DNA of 63,439 nt, the filler included, from Choristocarpus tenellus KU-1152 (taxonomy: Eukaryota > Protista > Phaeophyceae): the NCBI GenBank assembly GCA_964200185.2. It is 8 parts of 8 records of this genome, joined end to end, with 100 filler letters (N's around TTAATTAATTAA, not from the genome) between each part and the next. Parts side by side here need not be neighbours in the genome. Positions count along the whole stretch, not along the records: positions 48,860 to 53,558 come from CAXNAD020013416.1; positions 53,659 to 60,366 come from CAXNAD020007517.1; positions 60,467 to 63,439 come from CAXNAD020023239.1; 5 more parts are not named here. One strand, given 5' to 3'. The notes below the pieces were generated by a model. It was not told the DNA's origin. It was given only the letters and a program-made list of their open reading frames with translations, and made no database searches. This document shows, in pieces, positions 52,375 to 63,439 of this stretch. How positions within the stretch are numbered: the first letter of the stretch is position 1; every line of letters starts with the position of its first letter. The translations under genes were made by a program, and so were the position numbers.

Positions 52375-53469
52375 ATGTCTAGCATTCCCTCAACAACAAC
52401 CCACGCGCCCGCCGATGGCGCTGCCCACGGATCGAGAACGTGGGACAGCAATCTGAAGGGCATGTCCTCGCTCCTGGAGCATCACTACCTCAGCACGTAC
52501 CGGATGAAACTCAGCAACATCACATGCACGGAGATGGTACGTCCCCTGAGTGAGCGTGGCCTTGCGCGCGTCAGCAAGTCTATACAGGAGAAAGGCTGGC
52601 TGGAGCAGTTTGCTCCATCTGTTGTAATACAGCGAGACTGTTTAGGTAATGGGGACCAGCTCAACGCCGAAACTGCGCTTGCCATTCAATGACGTACACT
52701 GGACGGAAACCATAGAATAACGGTGCTGAAGAGGGAGTTTGAGCCCGAACGCGCTTTCATGATGCGGATCTAGATGGAGTTCAACCAAGCAGAAGAGAGG
52801 CTAATTGCCAACGGTGGGTGATGGAGTGTTTTCGTTGTTCCATGATCGCTTGACCATTCTGATCAAGCAAGCAACAAAGTAAGTTGCTTAGTTTTTTCGT
52901 TGATCCGTGATCGCCTGATGATTATTACCATCAAGTAAGCAACAAAATAAGTTGATTATTTTCGTTGTTCCATGATCGCCTGACCATTCTGATCAACTAA
53001 ACAACAAAGTAAGTTGATTGTTTTCGTTGATCCATGATCGCCTGATGACTATTACCATGAAGTAAGCAACAAAGTAAGTAGAGTATTTTCGTTGTTCCAT
53101 GATCGCCTGATGACTATTCTGATGTACGAAGTTGTTGCCGAGTTTCCTTTGCTTCGTTCATCGTCAGTCAGCCCATTGTGGATCTTTTCCTTGTTCATCT
53201 TTTTTATCCCTAGTGGTCTTCCTGTCCACAGCAACATGTTGCTCAGTACAGCATGATGCGTGTATCCCGCGACCGCTCCCCACCTAACCCTTGTCCCATT
53301 CTCCCACTGCACCGCCACGCTTATAGCATTCAACGACGCGATTGAGAGTGTGGTTGAGCGCACGCTATACAATAAGATATATTTTCAACATGAGCTCCAA
53401 GAAGCTAACAAGCGACAGACGAAGAAAAAAGAAGTGTCACTAGCAGAGATCCGCAAAATGTACAAAAAG
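52375..53469 (+). pseudogene. Intron-containing ParB/Sulfiredoxin-fold gene with two premature stops; 3' truncated by contig end
   Basis: Exon 52375-52813: VRPLSERGLARVSKSIQEKGW..APSVV..LDGNHRITVLK..EERLIAN, with stops TGA 52690 and TAG 52771. Phase-1 GT-AG intron to exon 53327-53469: AFNDAIESVVERTLYNK.. Confidence 0.78.
52829..53123. repeat. ~64-bp tandem array, ~4.6 units, alternating A/B variants, in the ParB-like intron
   Basis: TTTTCGTTG(T/A)TCC(A/G)TGATCGC.TGA..AGCAACAAAGTAAGTT at 52829, 52894, 52959, 53021 and 53086. Confidence 0.93.
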
Positions 53470-53558
53470 GTGAGGGAGTTGTCGACATTGGTGGGATGGT
53501 TGCGCTCTACTCCTCCTCTAGTTGGGTTACAGATGTTGTGAAATCTCTCTGTGTCCTC

Positions 53559-53658
53559 NNNNNNNNNNNNNNNNNNNNNNNNNNNNNNNNNNNNNNNNNN
53601 NNTTAATTAATTAANNNNNNNNNNNNNNNNNNNNNNNNNNNNNNNNNNNNNNNNNNNN
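53559..53658. other. Artificial contig linker
   Basis: N44-TTAATTAATTAA-N44. Confidence 0.98.
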
Positions 53659-53751
53659 CCCCAACCCCCCCTACTTCCTGCCATATTGTTTGGGTGATGT
53701 GTTGACACAATCAATGAAACAGCAATCAACGATGACGAGGTATCTTCCTTC

Positions 53752-54247
53752 ATGGAGGACGACTCAATATCTGAGCTGACTGAAGTATCAACATCACAGG
53801 GAGGGGTTGGAAGGGGCAATAGCACCAGGTTCAGCCAAGGCAGCACCAGTAGCAGGAGCACCATCAGTAGCAGGAGTACCACCAGCAGTAGGAGTACCAT
53901 CAGCAGCACTACATCCAGCACTCGAAGGAGCCGACGCCTGTCCACTTTTGCACCCTTTGATGGTCCTGGCACTTTGGATGAGAGTGAAGAGGAAACCAGT
54001 GATGAATCAGAGGAGACGGGCTTACTAGCGGATCTAAGCGACCCACAGGACAGCGACCCTGTGAATACCAGCAACGGGTCCTCCTCGCTGGGCAGTGGGG
54101 AACAGCGTCACCGAGCGGCGAACCTTACGCCTCCCAAGGTCGGGCAACGCCACGGAGGTGTTGGTAGCGGTGTGAGGAGTAGTAGACGGGGCTTTCTCGA
54201 TCGTCAACAGTCTGTTGTCACTAGCTCTGGCTCTATCTTCCCCTGCG

Positions 54248-54280
<33 letters not shown>

Positions 54281-54801
54281 GTGTGTGCAGTCATGTCTTC
54301 AAGACACCCACCGATGGGCTCGGGGCTGTTCCATACGCCCCCGGGGGTAAGAGTGTTCACGCTTCGGCTCAACGTAAGTGGGCTGGGAGTCGGAGAGGTA
54401 GGGCGGGAAGCGCTCCTTCTAAACGGGCCATGTTCTCCCGTTCGAACCGGACTGGGAGGCACAGCTTCAGCACGAGCTTTAGTAGCTGCTTCAGCGGTGG
54501 GGATTGCAGTGCCAGCAGTAGTGAGAGCGGGTTTGGAACGGCCACCTTATCCCTCTCCCCAGAACCTGACGAGGGTGTTGGGGATAGTGCGGTTGGGATT
54601 GAGAAGCGCATGGTGGAAGAGGAAAAGAAGGAGGAGAGGCGGGCGCCCTTCCACAATGAGGGGTCCCAGTTCATCATTAGTGTCGAAAGCGATCCGTTTG
54701 AAGCCAACACGAAGGCTCCACTGCCTGGTGATGGACTGGGTGAGAGTGGGAGCAAGGGGCGTTCGGTGCTGGGCAGAGCGACCAGGTTTTTTCGTAAGTG
54801 A
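53752..54801 (+). CDS. Ser/Gly-rich low-complexity, likely disordered exon of an unknown protein
   Basis: 349-codon ORF with SSRSTI and GEGE repeats; more GC-rich than its 3' flank; no recognisable domain. Confidence 0.6.
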
Positions 54802-57800
54802 CCCGACTGTATTTTGTATCTCTTGCAGCAACAGCAGCCTCATTGGAAGTTCTCAATGTCGACTGACTGTGTGGTGGCAGTGCAATCGATGATCAGGATA
54901 GTTTTGTTTATGGATGGATATTTCGGATGGCATCTGGAGCTTTTTGGTGATGGAGGATAGCTGTCGAGGTTCGGTTGGGGCCAGAAGGACAACATATCTG
55001 TCGATCTGGTTGAGCTAGCTTTTCTGGTTATTCTTCTGGCTATGTGTACTACTAATAAATAGCTTGTTCTGGTTGTCTAGATAACGTTGTTTACGAAGGA
55101 GGTACGGACGTTGGTGTGGTGTACGTTATATGTGGAGTTCTATTCTGGGTGAACGGAGATGAGGTATGGATGAATTTATGTTTTTTTTTTTAATATGCTT
55201 TAATCTCTTCTTAACGTTGACTAAAGTCTTTCGAGAAGTGGAGGACAAGAAAACATCATATATATTGTTTTCTTGCTTTTGTTAGGGTGGTATATTCCTC
55301 TAATCATTTTGTATGTTGAAATGCTTTGTTTTTCTACATTTTGATTTGAAGTTTGGAAGTTTATGTCCATGGTTTGGTTTGAATATGAGTTGGAAATGCC
55401 GAGAACAGGTCAGTACCGAGTGTGGCAGGTCTGCTGGGGTAGTTATTCCTAGTATGAAGGCCACTTAAGTGTGGTGTTCAAGGGATGAAACTTTTTTTTC
55501 CGAGGGATTTTGCGTCCTGGACACATTCCTGTGCTGCAGTTGATGAAGGGTGTATGTTAATGCGCTTTATCCTCAGAGGTGGTTGTTTGACTGCGGTAGC
55601 ATTGCATGTCTAAGCGGAATCATCTGTAGAGGATAACTTCATGAATGCAGGCACAAAACAGATTTTGTGTGGATGCGTCGTCAAGATGAGACACACCTTT
55701 AGAGGGTCTGTGTGGAGGTTCAGTCGTAGGCTGTGGTTCCTTTCCTTGTTCAGATAAGAACAGAACCACCTCTATGTGGAAAGTTTGCCGAATGATGAAT
55801 GGACCATCTGATGCAGTTCTCTGTTAGCTAGGTGTTTAAGGTTGCATAGATGGAGGGTAACATGTCAGAAAACACAATTAATTATGTGATGTTGAGAGGT
55901 ACGGTTGTGGGTCCTCTTCCATCATGCCATGTTAAACAAAAAACAAGGAAGGCAGAAGGAAGCCCACTGGAAGTGAAGGACTTTCTCACCAGTGGAGAGA
56001 AGAAGAAGGCTTGTTTTGTAGTTTGTTGAAGTGAGGCAGGAGGTTCATTCTAGGTGGGGCTGATGAGGAGGACCAGCAGCAGTGTCCAAAACTAATGTAT
56101 TCAGCGAGGGGCCAGGTGTATTTTATGGTTTGTAATGCTTTCCGGTGGCGGTAAAGCTTTTTTTTGCATACAAGAGTAGGTGTGTACGTGTGTAGAGTGA
56201 CTGTACAGTTGTAGTCCCTTAAGTTGATGTGTAAGGAAAGATATGTTGTTGTGACAGCCTCTGTAGGGGGGGAGGGGATAGTGCTTGATTGACTGGGGAG
56301 AGGAGAGGATAGGATAGGATGGCAGATGGACAATCATTTTCTTTTTGTGTGTCTTGAACATATACTCCCCTGCTACTGGTGATAGAACTCTGCTTTGCCG
56401 TTGATTTTTGGATGTTGAGTATGTAGCCAGTCTACTATTGTGGCAAATGAATGATAGTGACAACAATTGGAGTACACACTAATACATACATACTCCGGAG
56501 TGCTACTTAGTACAGACATGTCACATAGAGCTCAGGTGAACCGTTGTCATGAGAATCTTAAAGGAAAATTACTCCACACCTCCACCAAATATGCACTTTT
56601 GGACAGAAGGGGGCAGCAGTCTGTGGTTCATGGCAAGGCTTGGTGGGACTTTGGTTCTACACAGGAGGATAAACCTGCCCTACTTTGATGTAGGTTGTGG
56701 TGAAAGGTGGATTTGGTGTGGTGGACTTTTAAAGCTCAGAGTATTACTCCTACCTATGAAGTGGGAGGTCATCTTCCCCCTTGCTAACCCAATCTAGTAA
56801 ATAGTGGTGCATCCGGGCCATTGTCCTGATGGGTGCATTTTTGTCTTCTAGTGAGATTTGGGGTGAAATCTACATCATATTGTTAAACCTTGAAAGGGTT
56901 GAAAAAAAGAGGTAAGTGTTGCTATTTTGACTTCAAAGCAATCACTATTAAATACTGTAGATCGTTCAAACTCTCCAGGATCAGAGAGGAACCCCCCCCG
57001 GCAACTCTCTCTTGTGCATCACTGTATTAAAAATATGTAACTTGCAAGCATGGAAGTTACACATGAAGGGTAAAATCGTAAAACCACGCACCCGCTCACG
57101 GCAAACAAAACTGTTGGTACGGTCTCTTCATCTCATCCCTCATTACACTACAAAAAGGGCTTGATAATGGGTAGAATCAACCTCGCAATTGATGTCAAAA
57201 CTCTCCTCTCTACCCCTCCATCAGGGTCAGCCCCCTCTCCCCTCCCACCCTTCAATCCCTTGGCATTCATTTTGGGGCCGTTGGGTGATTTGTCCCCTTC
57301 AGTGGTGTCCTCATGATGGCAACGATAGCCTTGTTGCGCACCATCAGCCTCCTTCCCAGCTTGGCGCTCTTGCCACCTCCAGAGTGAGATCTCTTGTGCA
57401 TACTTGCTTAGGCTGGTCCATTCTTCTCCCAGATCACGAGAGAGACCACGGTTCTTGGTCAGAACCACAAGCTGGGACTCCAGGTCCCGCTCAGTACTAC
57501 GCCTGCCGAGATTAGAGCTCCCACACACTGACAGCAGGCAAGTGTCTGGGCCTTGGTTGTTCCTGTGTTCTTGTTGACCTTCGTGAATGGAACCCGCCTC
57601 CTCAATGTTCCTACAAACCCCACCTGATTGCCCCATGTTGATGTTGGTGTCTTCCTGGTCCTTGGTGCTTATGCAGTCCTCAGCCTTACTGGTGGTACTT
57701 GTGGTACCACCTGCGGTACCTACCTCAAGTACCCTCTCTTTGGTACCAAGGGGACCGTGCCATCCCCCATCCCCCCAGATCCACAGTCCCTTGGCATGAA

Positions 57801-58074
57801 AACTCCAGTGTTCGCGATGATATTCCATCACTCTTAACCCCCCCCCCACCTGCTCCCTCCCATCCTTGTTCTGTGCATCTCCGGGGGCGAACCTAACGGG
57901 AACAACGGGTGAGAAGAAACAAGATCAAGCGACTGAGCCTCCACCAGTGTCATGGGAAAGGGTCACTTATGGCAGAATTTGGGCAGTCTTAGGGGGTTGC
58001 AGAGGAAGAGAGGTACGGACTATCCTTCTCCTTCATCATTGAGATCAAGTCTCTCGGGAGTCACCAAGTCTGAG

Positions 58075-58100
58075 ATGAGAGAGAGAGAGAGAGAGAGAGA
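58075..58100. repeat. (GA)n microsatellite
   Basis: Directly visible. Confidence 0.85.
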
Positions 58101-58374
58101 GCCTGTGTGGTGAAAAAACAAAAACAAAAACAAAATCAAAATCAAATCTACTTTTAGAAAGAATACCATCAAACTATCCCCTAAATGCAACCAAAAATCA
58201 ATCGAACCATACATAATGTCACAATAACAAAATTTGTCTTCAGAATTGGAAACAGTTACCCTAAATGCAACAACCTAGCAAGGTAAAGTACACATGCACC
58301 ACCAATAGGCTCCCCCCCCAAAAAAAAACAAAAAAAAACACACACACAAACACACACACAAACACACATCGCCC

Positions 58375-58845
58375 TCAGCCCATACATACAGATCCCATCC
58401 TAGATAACCCCCTGCCAATCAAGCAAAACTCGACGATCTTGACCTTCCCAGCTTGCCTTTGTAGAAGATCACCGGTGAGTAGGTCATAGAACAATGGAAC
58501 CACCGATTTCAACCCTCTAGCCCCCGCAAAACCGTGAGAGATCGGTCCCGCAGTCAGTACCTTCACGGCACCATTGCATGTTAATGATTGTACTTGGCCA
58601 CAGCTATGGCCTCTCTTGCCATTCCCAGATGCTGGTTGTTCAGTGGTTGCCGATTCCAGGTGAGGTACCAAGGCCTCTAGAAACGCTTGAGGGATATTGA
58701 GGTATGCTGAGCTTATCCCGAGGCTCCGGCCGGCGGCGGACCCTGCCCTTAGCAAGGCTGCAGTCACCTTCGAAAGGCGTTTCAAGGGGGGGCGCGCGGG
58801 GGGGGAGCAGGGGGGGGCGGGGTGCAGCAAGAGAGGCTTTACCAT
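58375..58845 (-). CDS. Possible exon of an unknown protein
   Basis: 156-codon GC-rich ORF between AT-rich flanks, with a plausible donor TCT|GTATGT; no domain recognised. Confidence 0.3.
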   Translation of the reverse strand: MVKPLLLHPAPPCSPPARPPLKRLSKVTAALLRAGSAAGRSLGISSAYLNIPQAFLEALVPHLESATTEQPASGNGKRGHSCGQVQSLTCNGAVKVLTAGPISHGFAGARGLKSVVPLFYDLLTGDLLQRQAGKVKIVEFCLIGRGLSRMGSVCMG

Positions 58846-59501
58846 TGTTGACTGTTACAACTGAGAAGGGAGGTTGATTCAGTTGTGCTGCATACCTTCA
58901 TCAGTGATGATAACTGTTAATATTAACCCTTCCTGCCCTCCTGTATATGCACCGACCCTAACCCTAACCCTATAACCCTAACACAGCATGCAAGGTGCAA
59001 ATAACGAGGTTGCAACATTTTCTTTTTTTGCAGTCAGCAGAGAGGACAGAAAAAATAGAACAAAAAATGATAATAAAATTTTAATAGAACGGTTCCAGGG
59101 ACGGATCACCAGGAAGGGGTATTAAGCAAAAAATGACACCAAATAATAAATAGCAGAGTATTAAGCAACAAATATCCTTGCTTGGAGGCTTACTCCATGT
59201 TGTGAGCCAAAGTGCTATTGCTCCAAAGTCCTATGACGAGGTGGGGAAGAACTAATCTACAAATGGCATGTACATGTGTCAGTTCAACCCTAACCCTAGT
59301 TTATTTTTTTTGTCTACACCAGATGCTATCGAAGTGTGACTAACCATGTTATTATTTTAATACCATCATTATGATCATGATCATCATTATTATTATTATT
59401 ATTAAGAAAAGACTGAGTTAAGAGCTCAGCTCTCCTTGCCACCGAGATCCCGTTTGTCACTCATTGGTTTTACTACTCCGGGCGCAATGATAGGAAGGCG
59501 T

Positions 59502-59767
59502 GATCCAAAGTATCTTAGAGGGTAAGAGTTTTTGCCCTGTATGTCTGTTTGTCTGTTCAGGGCTTGGCTTCCCACGGGTTTATTATGCCCTTACCAGTTT
59601 TCTGTGTGAACACAGTTACCTATAATGTATACAGCTTGAAAGGTATATTCTGGGCAAGGAGAATGACACTAGCTAACAAACACAATAGCCAAAATCCATC
59701 ACTATCGCAAGATTGGAATTATGACCCCAAAAGGACATGGCTCTACCCTCTTAAAATTCTTTGGGTC
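59502..59767. mobile_element. MITE family B, subfamily B2
   Basis: GATCCAAAGTATCTTAGAGGGTA...TACCCTCTTAAAATTCTTTGGGTC; interior like 1270-1525. Confidence 0.8.
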
Positions 59768-60366
59768 TGTGAGATATTTCCTCTTCTGCTTGGGTCTCTC
59801 GTGTCGTCATGAGTGAGACTAAATTTTAGCTTTTGCCAGAGAGTCATCGGACGCAAACTCTCTTTAAAGAGTAAAACCAATGAATGACAGACAAGTTTCC
59901 ACTTTCTGTACCACAACTGAAACACACCACCAATATCTATTGGCATACACTTCATCTAAAGGAGAGGGAAAAAAAGGTGAAAAACCTGCAAAAAACAACT
60001 GCAATCAGAACAGCAAACCTCCACACTAACGACTATCGTAAGGAATAAAAAAATCAATCGTCTTCAGTTCGAATAAAATCAGAAAAAACCCGAAAAATAA
60101 CTGAACCGAAATGAGCAGTGCCTTTCACCCCACACTCCATCATACTCAAACAACCAAATGCCCTCCTGAGAGAACCAAAGACACAGACACGCCGCCTTCT
60201 CAGAAGACATCCTACCCAAGGCAAGAGCGGACACACTTCCAAGACTATACAATCACACCAACACCACCCCACCACCCCACCTCCTCATCCCACCGAATCC
60301 CCACGCTGGGATGTTGCAGGGTTGGAATTAGCAGTGTGTCCTTCTCTCCAGCCCCCCCCCCGCCCC

Positions 60367-60466
60367 NNNNNNNNNNNNNNNNNNNNNNNNNNNNNNNNNN
60401 NNNNNNNNNNTTAATTAATTAANNNNNNNNNNNNNNNNNNNNNNNNNNNNNNNNNNNNNNNNNNNN
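60367..60466. other. Artificial contig linker
   Basis: N44-TTAATTAATTAA-N44. Confidence 0.98.
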
Positions 60467-60505
60467 CCCCTCACAAACCACCCCCCCCCCCAAGATACTT
60501 TGACC
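60467..60505. mobile_element. MITE family A variant end
   Basis: CACAAACCACCCCC..AAGATACTTTGACCC. Confidence 0.7.
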
Positions 60506-62803
60506 CATATATATACACTGTGACTTCAAAATATACTTCAGTACACATTCTAGCGCACCTTTGTAACCCGTGTCAGCCCTAGCTGGAGGCATTACATTGT
60601 ATTGTTTCAAACTCTTTGACACTTTACAGATGTGTTATTGAAAAGCCAAAACCAAAACTATATTATGAGGACTACTATCTGCAAATACAACAGTTGTCGT
60701 CAATGCTAATACCCCTCCATAAAATATGTATCATTCGAAAACTATACAATCATGTCCCCTTACAAGGTTGTTTGCTACTGCTATGCAATGTGTGCACTGC
60801 TATGCTTCGAATGAGGCATTATAAATTTTGTTATCCCTCTGACGTATTGCAGATATGTCAGGGGGGGGGGAAACCAAGACAAAAACTGTAAGGGCAAGGA
60901 TATACTATAAATACAACAGTTGTCGTCAATGCTATGGCACCTCACTCACTACAAGTTGAAAAGTAACAACACATCAATGTCCCCTTGAAGATTGTTCTCT
61001 ACATCGATTATAATGTAATATGTTCACTACTATGCTTCTAACCTTGTTAGCCCTACAAAAGCAGGCGAGGAGCTTCGGAAGCATCCCAAGCACCAGTCAG
61101 ACCCCTTCTTGCCCACCTGCCAGGTGTCTCGACCTAGGTTCGCACGGCATGTCTCAAGAAAGTCACTTGGGCACAGTGACAGACACTATCTGTCTCAAAC
61201 TACTTGACGACCCCTTCCCTGCAATACCTTCACCCCCTCTCCTCCATACTGCATAGATAGGTAGCAACTCATCATTCAGGAACTCTCTGCTTACTTACCA
61301 AGTTGCCCAAACTTCCCAATGTCCGAAGGTGTTGAGATTAAAACTACCAACGGGTGCGCTTTCGCGTGTTGGATACAGCAATAGCCACACTATCCTTGGT
61401 AGATGAGTGTAATTGACAGGCTGGTTGAACCTCTCTACAAAAGGACCAGGGCGGAGGTATTGTTGGTTCTTAGGAAACTTCTTGTATAGTTCCAAGTTTT
61501 TTTTATTTTATTATAGGAAGAAGTCTCTTGAAAGCACCCACATGTATATAAATGTTTTTGTAGCGTTGATTGTATTGTTTTTTTGTCTTTTCCCTCTCTT
61601 GAAACAAGTATAAAATATTAGTGAGTGGGCATAATAATATTATATATGTTGTATTATGCCGACTCACATTCTTGGAAGTATATATTTTATGTTGTATAGG
61701 AACTAAGTAATGTAGTAATAAACACATCTCCATGTATCTACAAACTGTAATAGCAATATACATGCACAATCCTAACCCACCCTCAAAATTTGAAAATATG
61801 TTGAACGTATATTACATTTGACATATTATATATGGAGGTAGATATTACCAGATAGATCATTTGGGTTTTGTTTGACTTTTTCCTGTATGTTACAACAGAT
61901 CATTTGTTGTTAGTGTGTCATACATATATATATATATATGATCAAGATGAAAGAACTCCCATACCTCGTGTATACTTACCATATACATATGTTCGATTGG
62001 TAATCTGTACTGGAGTATTTAATTTATGTACACACATCAAGATGAAAGAGAGGGAGAAGAGAGTTTGGAGACAACACATATATACTTTTGAGAGATAAAA
62101 GGAAATGTACAAGTAGCAAGGATCAGCATGTTTGCCACGAACTCAGCACCAACGTACATAGAAGACCGGTAGACATACCACATTGAACAATAGTACGTCA
62201 CACAAAGGCAACATTTTTACCCCATAAAGATATCTTATCTTGCAAGCCAAGTAATTGTGGTATCTTTGGGGCGGATCAAGCTGCAGCAGTCAACTCCATC
62301 CGCTTTTTTAAAAAGCGAAAGGGTATAATCAGGTAGGCTATTGAGACAGATGTCACTAGGTTTGGCGAAGATACGGCAGATGGTGGAATCTTTCATTTCA
62401 TCGAACGGCATTGCCGGTTTGCACGTCAATGACGATGGGTGCTAGGCGTGTTGAAGATCTAGGTCATCCCCTTCGTACAATGGTCAAGCAATGGATGGCG
62501 TTGCTTTCGTCAGGACCGTGCCAAGGAAATTCTCCTATATCATCTAAACGACCCAAGAATTTCCACTGCCTGCTACATGCTGATGTGTTGATGAGGTCAA
62601 GATCAAGCTGACTGGGTTTACAAAACCACCCAAACTACCTCGTTCAAGTATAGTATCTCCGATTCCTCCATCTCCGTCCACTCCACAATTAGCTCTGAAC
62701 CGTGGAAAAATCCACCTGATGAGGCTACATTTCGCAAGACATTGGCCCACCATGACTTGGTTTCGTATATTCCCCTCTCGCTGCAAATGATCCTCACGGT
62801 AGT

Positions 62804-63025
62804 ATGGCAGAGGATGACCAGGTCGAGAAGCCACAAGCCCAACCACCCGTTGAACCTGAAAGAGTCATAGAGGGACGCTCGATGGCGACTTCATCAACAG
62901 TGCCCTCCAAGACGACCTACACTATAATGAACAATGTCTTCCGTGTAGGCAATCGCTACAGCGACCTCAAGGCGATCGGCAAAGGGTCTTACGGCATAGT
63001 GTGCTCAGCGATGGACAAAAAACAG
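62804..63025 (+). CDS. Mitogen-activated protein kinase (ERK-like), first coding exon
   Basis: FRVGNRYSDLKAIGKGSYGIVCSAMD is the typical MAPK subdomain I; donor CAG|GTGACA. Confidence 0.85.
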
Positions 63026-63413
63026 GTGACAGGGGGCGTAGAGTGCTCGTGGTTTCTGACTTTCCACTCCCACCCTCGCTTTCTTTCCGCCTATCTACCT
63101 GCATTGCAGTGTTGCCCTGTCTGAGACGACACGCATTTCCAGACACATCCATACGCATCAGGTGCGGTTCCACCAGCATGGCTATCTGTTCTCGGGTTGT
63201 GGGGAACGAAGTGAAGGTTGAGGGGAGCAGCAAGAGGTGCCGAAGAGGATTACCATTGCAATTTCTTGCGTCACGCATGATCGTACAGATAGAAGAGTTG
63301 GAAGGGTGATGAATTCATCATTTAGCAGGGCACTTCAACACAGATCCGATGCCAAATTGTCAGTGCCTTTGCTGATCCCTAGGAGAACCAACAACCAGCG
63401 CCAATATACCCTT

Positions 63414-63439
63414 GGGTCAAAGTATCTTGGGGGGGGGGT
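63414..63439. mobile_element. MITE family A end at window edge
   Basis: GGGTCAAAGTATCTTGGGGG. Confidence 0.7.

Noticed and set aside
50870-53123. Arrays as CRISPR-like loci
   Set aside because: Units are homologous along their whole length with no unique spacers; no cas genes
52375-53469. Bacterial or plasmid contamination as the source of the ParB-like gene
   Set aside because: It has a phase-consistent spliceosomal intron, and the neighbouring gene is also spliced
57148-57849. 233-aa ORF
   Set aside because: No recognisable motif or splice context; likely a chance ORF in a degraded repeat
58956-58982. CCCTAA telomere-like repeats (also ~6123, ~20178, ~40873, ~59287)
   Set aside because: Only 2-4 interstitial units each; not chromosome ends
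6415-60466. Seven identical N44-TTAATTAATTAA-N44 blocks and the X-containing ORFs crossing them
   Set aside because: Artificial linkers; no biological adjacency across them, e.g. the coiled-coil gene is not linked to the transposase
60640-61040. Diverged ~230-bp tandem duplication
   Set aside because: Two old copies with no evident structure or function
62235-62846. Minus-strand ORFs upstream of the MAPK exon
   Set aside because: Interrupted, no motifs; probably the MAPK 5' UTR or promoter

Overview
Eukaryotic genomic DNA with GT-AG introns, most likely from a brown alga or close stramenopile relative (judged from recalled similarity to brown-algal CRE-like and RTE retroelements and a brown-algal GDPH-domain family). 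The window is eight contigs joined by artificial 100-bp linkers (N44-TTAATTAATTAA-N44), so adjacency across linkers means nothing. Host genes rebuilt by hand-splicing: a conserved probably ciliary protein head-to-head with a tandem 'half-LIM' zinc-finger protein; a CAP/SCP + GDPH-domain protein; TPR exons; an ABCC transporter pseudogene; a long coiled-coil terminal exon; a Ser-rich ORF; and the first exon of a MAP kinase. Mobile DNA is abundant: three Copia LTR elements or remnants, CRE-like and RTE LINE fragments, and two MITE families that share a G-x4-AAAGTATC terminus and 4-bp TSDs. The top candidate for a new system is contig 48860-53558. It holds a spliced Sola-type transposase gene divergent from a spliced ParB/Srx-fold (DGNHR) gene, with tandem arrays between them and in the ParB intron; two of the arrays share a TCCATGATC core. 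Also notable: a Copia LTR carrying a tRNA-like Pol III promoter, and a Copia 5' LTR with a ~73-bp inverted duplication. All family assignments come from motif recognition, not database searches.
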